From Candidatus Cloacimonadales bacterium (GTDB lineage Bacteria > Cloacimonadota > Cloacimonadia > Cloacimonadales > JAFGVF01): a stretch of 64,000 nt of DNA. The stretch spans positions 288,001 to 352,000 of the forward strand of contig CAXXOU010000003.1 in the NCBI GenBank assembly GCA_963677495.2, read 5' to 3'. The notes beneath the pieces were generated by a model, which was not told where the DNA came from, did not search any database, and worked only from the letters and a program-made list of their open reading frames with translations. Both the position numbers and the translations under genes were made by a program. How positions within the stretch are numbered: position 1 is the first letter of the stretch; every line of letters begins with the position of its first letter. Shown in pieces: positions 61,107 to 64,000 of this stretch.

Positions 61107-62117
61107 TTACTTATAAATCCTTCTCAATATCCTACAAATAGTCAATGTAACCCATAATTGTACTTCATAAGTCTTATCATTTTCTACAAACTTATGGATT
61201 TTCGAGTAGGAGTGTTTCCATAACCCTGAAGATTGCTGGTTATCGATAAACCAGTTAACAGCTTTCTCTGTATGTTGGTCTATTTTAGTAGAAATCATGG
61301 TCACCGAGTCCATTGCTGAAAGAAGGTCAGTCCAGAAGTAGGGAAACTTAAAGTTTACCCAGTTGTCAGCTGCTTTATATGAGTTGTAGTTATCCTTTTT
61401 AAAGAACTGGGACTTTAAGAGCTCTGAAGCAATTTTTGCGTCTTCTGACTTACTGTAGATTGGGTGGATTGCTAAAGCTTTAATAACCATACCGGTTCCA
61501 CTATGTGCAAAAGGTTTGGATCTGTCGAAATCTTTCTTCGTTTCTACGTCGTGGGTAGTAAGAATCTGTTGTTCCTCTTTTGAGTATGTCCCAAAGCACC
61601 CCGGAGAACCGATTACCCAACCTCCATCGTCTTGTCTCATTGTTAGCAACCATTCAATAGCTTTAGTAATTCGAGGGTCATCAACATATCCTGCTTTAAT
61701 GAGTAGATATACAATCATCCCGGTATAATATGGAGCGTATTGGTTACTGATAATTCCTCTTATATCTCCTTCATCGGTTTGGCATGAGAATAGATATTCA
61801 GCTATATTGTCTACTTGTGGATGCTCTCTATTAAACTCATACATATCCACAAGTTTAGAGAAGTTTTTAAATGTCTCGAACAGATTGTAATTCATAGCCG
61901 GTGCTTTAGGATTGTTTTGTGATTTTGACTTCCAGTAGCCATCCTCATGCAGCTTTTTTGTGAGTAATTGAGGTTCTTTTAAATTCCAAACACTTTCTAA
62001 TGGTGGTACTTCCAAATCTAGCAGATCTCTCTTAGTATAGTAATTGGTTGCATAGTTATCAGATTCCAGCAACGTCTCAATTGGGTCATATTTGAGTTTA
62101 CTCAACCATTCTTGCAT
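61107..62117 (-). CDS. Prenyltransferase/squalene-cyclase-like (QW-repeat) alpha-barrel protein
   Basis: CQTDEGD, RQDDGGW, NQQSSGLW repeats; DPRITKAIEWLL. Confidence 0.7.
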   Translation of the reverse strand: MQEWLSKLKYDPIETLLESDNYATNYYTKRDLLDLEVPPLESVWNLKEPQLLTKKLHEDGYWKSKSQNNPKAPAMNYNLFETFKNFSKLVDMYEFNREHPQVDNIAEYLFSCQTDEGDIRGIISNQYAPYYTGMIVYLLIKAGYVDDPRITKAIEWLLTMRQDDGGWVIGSPGCFGTYSKEEQQILTTHDVETKKDFDRSKPFAHSGTGMVIKALAIHPIYSKSEDAKIASELLKSQFFKKDNYNSYKAADNWVNFKFPYFWTDLLSAMDSVTMISTKIDQHTEKAVNWFIDNQQSSGLWKHSYSKIHKFVENDKTYEVQLWVTLTICRILRRIYK

Positions 62118-62332
62118 AAATCTATCCTTTATATGTGTTATTCAATTAAATTATCTGTTTCGAAGACTCCATAAGTCTGTAATTGTCTTTTTCAATGGTC
62201 AACAATAATTTACGGATAAGTATCCCAAAAAGCCAAATCATTAGTTGTAACTATTGCTTATCAGACTATTATATCATTGACAGTTTTGCTGTTGGAGAGG
62301 AAATTGTCCTTAGATCTTTAAAAGATACATAT

Positions 62333-62685
62333 GGGGGTGTACAGGTTTCGACAGGGAATCTGGAGGATTAGTGATGCATGTCGAGGAGTTTACCTACTCG
62401 TTAATCATGGTGGAACCTAAACTTAAACGCAAACGATAATTTTGCACTTGCTGCTTAATTAGTAGCACGGACCGCTCAACCTCGCCGAATGGTTGGACCG
62501 GTTTTTCAAATAGCTCGGATAAGTACTCAGCAAGTCTGTAGTGAGTAACGAAAACCTAACAGGCTGGTTCTCGAAGAGTTCTGATTATCTTTCTTGAGAG
62601 AACGAGAAATAAAAGATAACTAAGCATGTAGATTCGCTTTTTGGCCGTTCTTTGGACGCGGGTTCGATTCCCGCCACCTCCACCA
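62333..62685 (+). ncRNA. ssrA: tmRNA; tag ANDNFALAA* at 62429-62458
   Basis: 5' GGGGGTG..TTCGAC pairs with 3' CACCTCC-ACCA; T-arm GCGGGTTCGATTCCCGC; tag gca aac gat aat ttt gca ctt gct gct taa. Confidence 0.97.
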
Positions 62686-62836
62686 GGCTTCATTTCGAGC
62701 GAAGTGAGAAATGAAGGCTGACACGGCGTAGCTTTTGCGAAGCCGGTCTAAAACAGTTTACTTTCCAACATTCGAAATTACGCCCTGGCAGGCCAATCTT
62801 GCCTTTTAACCTTTCATTTAAACTTGTGAGATTTCA

Positions 62837-63076
62837 ATGTATTATGTCTATATCCTACAAAGTCAGAAATATCCTTCCAAACATTATACTGGTTACACGA
62901 AAGACTTAACAAGTAGACTACAAAAACACAATAATGGGGAAGTTCCTCATACTTCCAAATACAAACCATGGAATCTTATCTCGTATATAGCCTTTCATGA
63001 TAAAACTAAAGCTCTTGCATTCGAAGATTATCTTAAATCTCATTCAGGTAGAGCATTCACAAATAAGCACTTCTAG
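62837..63076 (+). CDS. Small stand-alone GIY-YIG nuclease family protein
   Basis: YYVYILQS...YTGYT.DL..RL..HN.G...T.KYKPW...A..FE.YLKS.SGR. Confidence 0.9.
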   Translation: MYYVYILQSQKYPSKHYTGYTKDLTSRLQKHNNGEVPHTSKYKPWNLISYIAFHDKTKALAFEDYLKSHSGRAFTNKHF

Positions 63077-63235
63077 CGGAGCATATAAATGAAATTTATC
63101 GAGCCAAAATAAGATAATAGCTGTCTTGGAAGATAGGCAATAAAAAAACTAATTCGAAATATTGACATAATATTGAGTTGTGAAAAGTTAAGAGAATAAA
63201 AACTAGCCCCTTCGATTGAAGAGGCTATTGAAGAA

Positions 63236-63379
63236 TTAATTCTTCGATCTTGAATCAGCTTTGCTTTGAGCTCTGGAAGCGAAACTTCCTTTAGGAGTTT
63301 TCCCTCCGTTTGCCTTAGATGTCGCACTTTGAATACGACTTGCAGCTGATTTAGTCATTGGATTTGTTTTTTTGGACAT
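63236..63379 (-). CDS. 47-aa basic peptide, SMP (seed maturation protein)-like; absent from the ORF track
   Basis: AAGGAGG RBS; MSKKTNPMTKSAASRIQSATSKANGGKTPKGSFASRAQSKADSRSKN; hairpin tagcccctt / aagaggcta downstream at ~63204-63227. Confidence 0.75.
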   Translation of the reverse strand: MSKKTNPMTKSAASRIQSATSKANGGKTPKGSFASRAQSKADSRSKN

Positions 63380-63485
63380 TTTGTCCTCCTTAAATTTTCT
63401 TCTCAGTGAATACTGAGAGTTCTTTGAAAATTCAAGAATAAATCTTATGACGGAAAATTTTATATAGAATGGAGGAATATCGTCA

Positions 63486-64000
63486 ATTTTAAATTTTTTT
63501 AGTAAAAATAAATCTATTGAAAACCAGTTTAAGTTATCTGAAAAAGAAAAAGAGTTTCTCTCTACATTGGGATTAATTGCAAGTACTGGATATATTTCAC
63601 TTTTTTTATATTCAAAATTTAATCAGAATAAAAAATATTCTACAGAAGAGATTAAGGAACTAAAGCAATTAACTCACAGTCTAAACAACACGATTATCGT
63701 TTTTGATCGAATAGATAGTTATAAGAATAGAATTGAATATATCTTGCACCTTTTAAAGAGTGATAATGCATACGCTTATGAGCAATCTGGTTTTTTAATA
63801 TTTGCTACACTAGAGTTATTTCTAAGGGAGCTAGCTAATCTATGCAAGTTAAAATTACCAAAGAATCCCACTATTATTGATTTAATTAAACGTTTACGAT
63901 CAGTTCAAGGAATTACTAAAGAAGAGCAAAAAAGATTAAAGCTTTATACTCTTAATTTTCGGAATCGCATAATGCATAGCAAAAAGTTTAATCATAACGA
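63486..64000 (+). CDS. Membrane-anchored HEPN-like protein (3'-truncated; start uncertain)
   Basis: Frame open from 63468 to the window end; GGAGG at 63471 with in-frame ATT at 63486; hydrophobic LSTLGLIASTGYISLFLY; ATLELFLRELA...TIIDLIKRL...NFRNRIMHS (RxxxxH). Confidence 0.65.
   Translation, partial: MLNFFSKNKSIENQFKLSEKEKEFLSTLGLIASTGYISLFLYSKFNQNKKYSTEEIKELKQLTHSLNNTIIVFDRIDSYKNRIEYILHLLKSDNAYAYEQSGFLIFATLELFLRELANLCKLKLPKNPTIIDLIKRLRSVQGITKEEQKRLKLYTLNFRNRIMHSKKFNHN

Noticed and set aside
62183..62371. 62-aa ORF from the track
   Set aside because: Overlaps the tmRNA promoter region and 5' end
63073..63327. 84-aa minus-strand ORF from the track
   Set aside because: Out-of-frame shadow of the RBS-supported 47-aa ORF 63236..63379; runs through its terminator hairpin

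Overview
AT-rich bacterial chromosomal window, most likely Candidatus Cloacimonadota. This is inferred from five large secreted proteins ending in the FlgD-Ig/T9SS-like C-terminal domain 'N(Y/F)PNPFNP...G(I/V)Y(F/L)xK...(K/R)(M/C)(I/V)LMK'. Left part (1-20.3 kb): an array of these secreted beta-helix/GLUG proteins, one of them frameshifted, interrupted by an accessory island (~1.55-10.3 kb). The island core is a translationally coupled operon of a C5 DNA methyltransferase, a MORC/GHKL-ATPase-histidine-kinase fusion, and a receiver protein with a C-terminal HEPN-like RxxxxH motif. This is the best candidate for an uncharacterised defence system. It is bracketed by two divergent paralogous small genes that share a 44-bp upstream motif, which forms an inverted repeat around the cassette. 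Middle: osmC-like gene, eno, an ATP-grasp protein, a ChaN-like protein, a hybrid PAS histidine kinase, a lipocalin, CIRCE-preceded groEL without adjacent groES, and a 17-gene Wzx/Wzy exopolysaccharide locus resembling Vibrio syp (STAS, OmpA, Wza, Wzc, Wzy, Wzx) that also contains udk and a Pol-beta-type nucleotidyltransferase. Right: a TetR / multidomain hydrolase / DUF3795-like operon, lipoproteins, an IS200/IS605-type Y1 transposase inside tandem hairpin end-repeats, and tmRNA. After tmRNA come a structured spacer, a GIY-YIG gene, a 47-aa peptide missed by the ORF track and a membrane-anchored HEPN-like ORF cut by the window edge. Intergenic DNA holds several REP-like families and a family of ~142-bp imperfect palindromes built from 11-bp-period repeats with variable cores. 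All family assignments come from motif recognition by eye; no searches were run.
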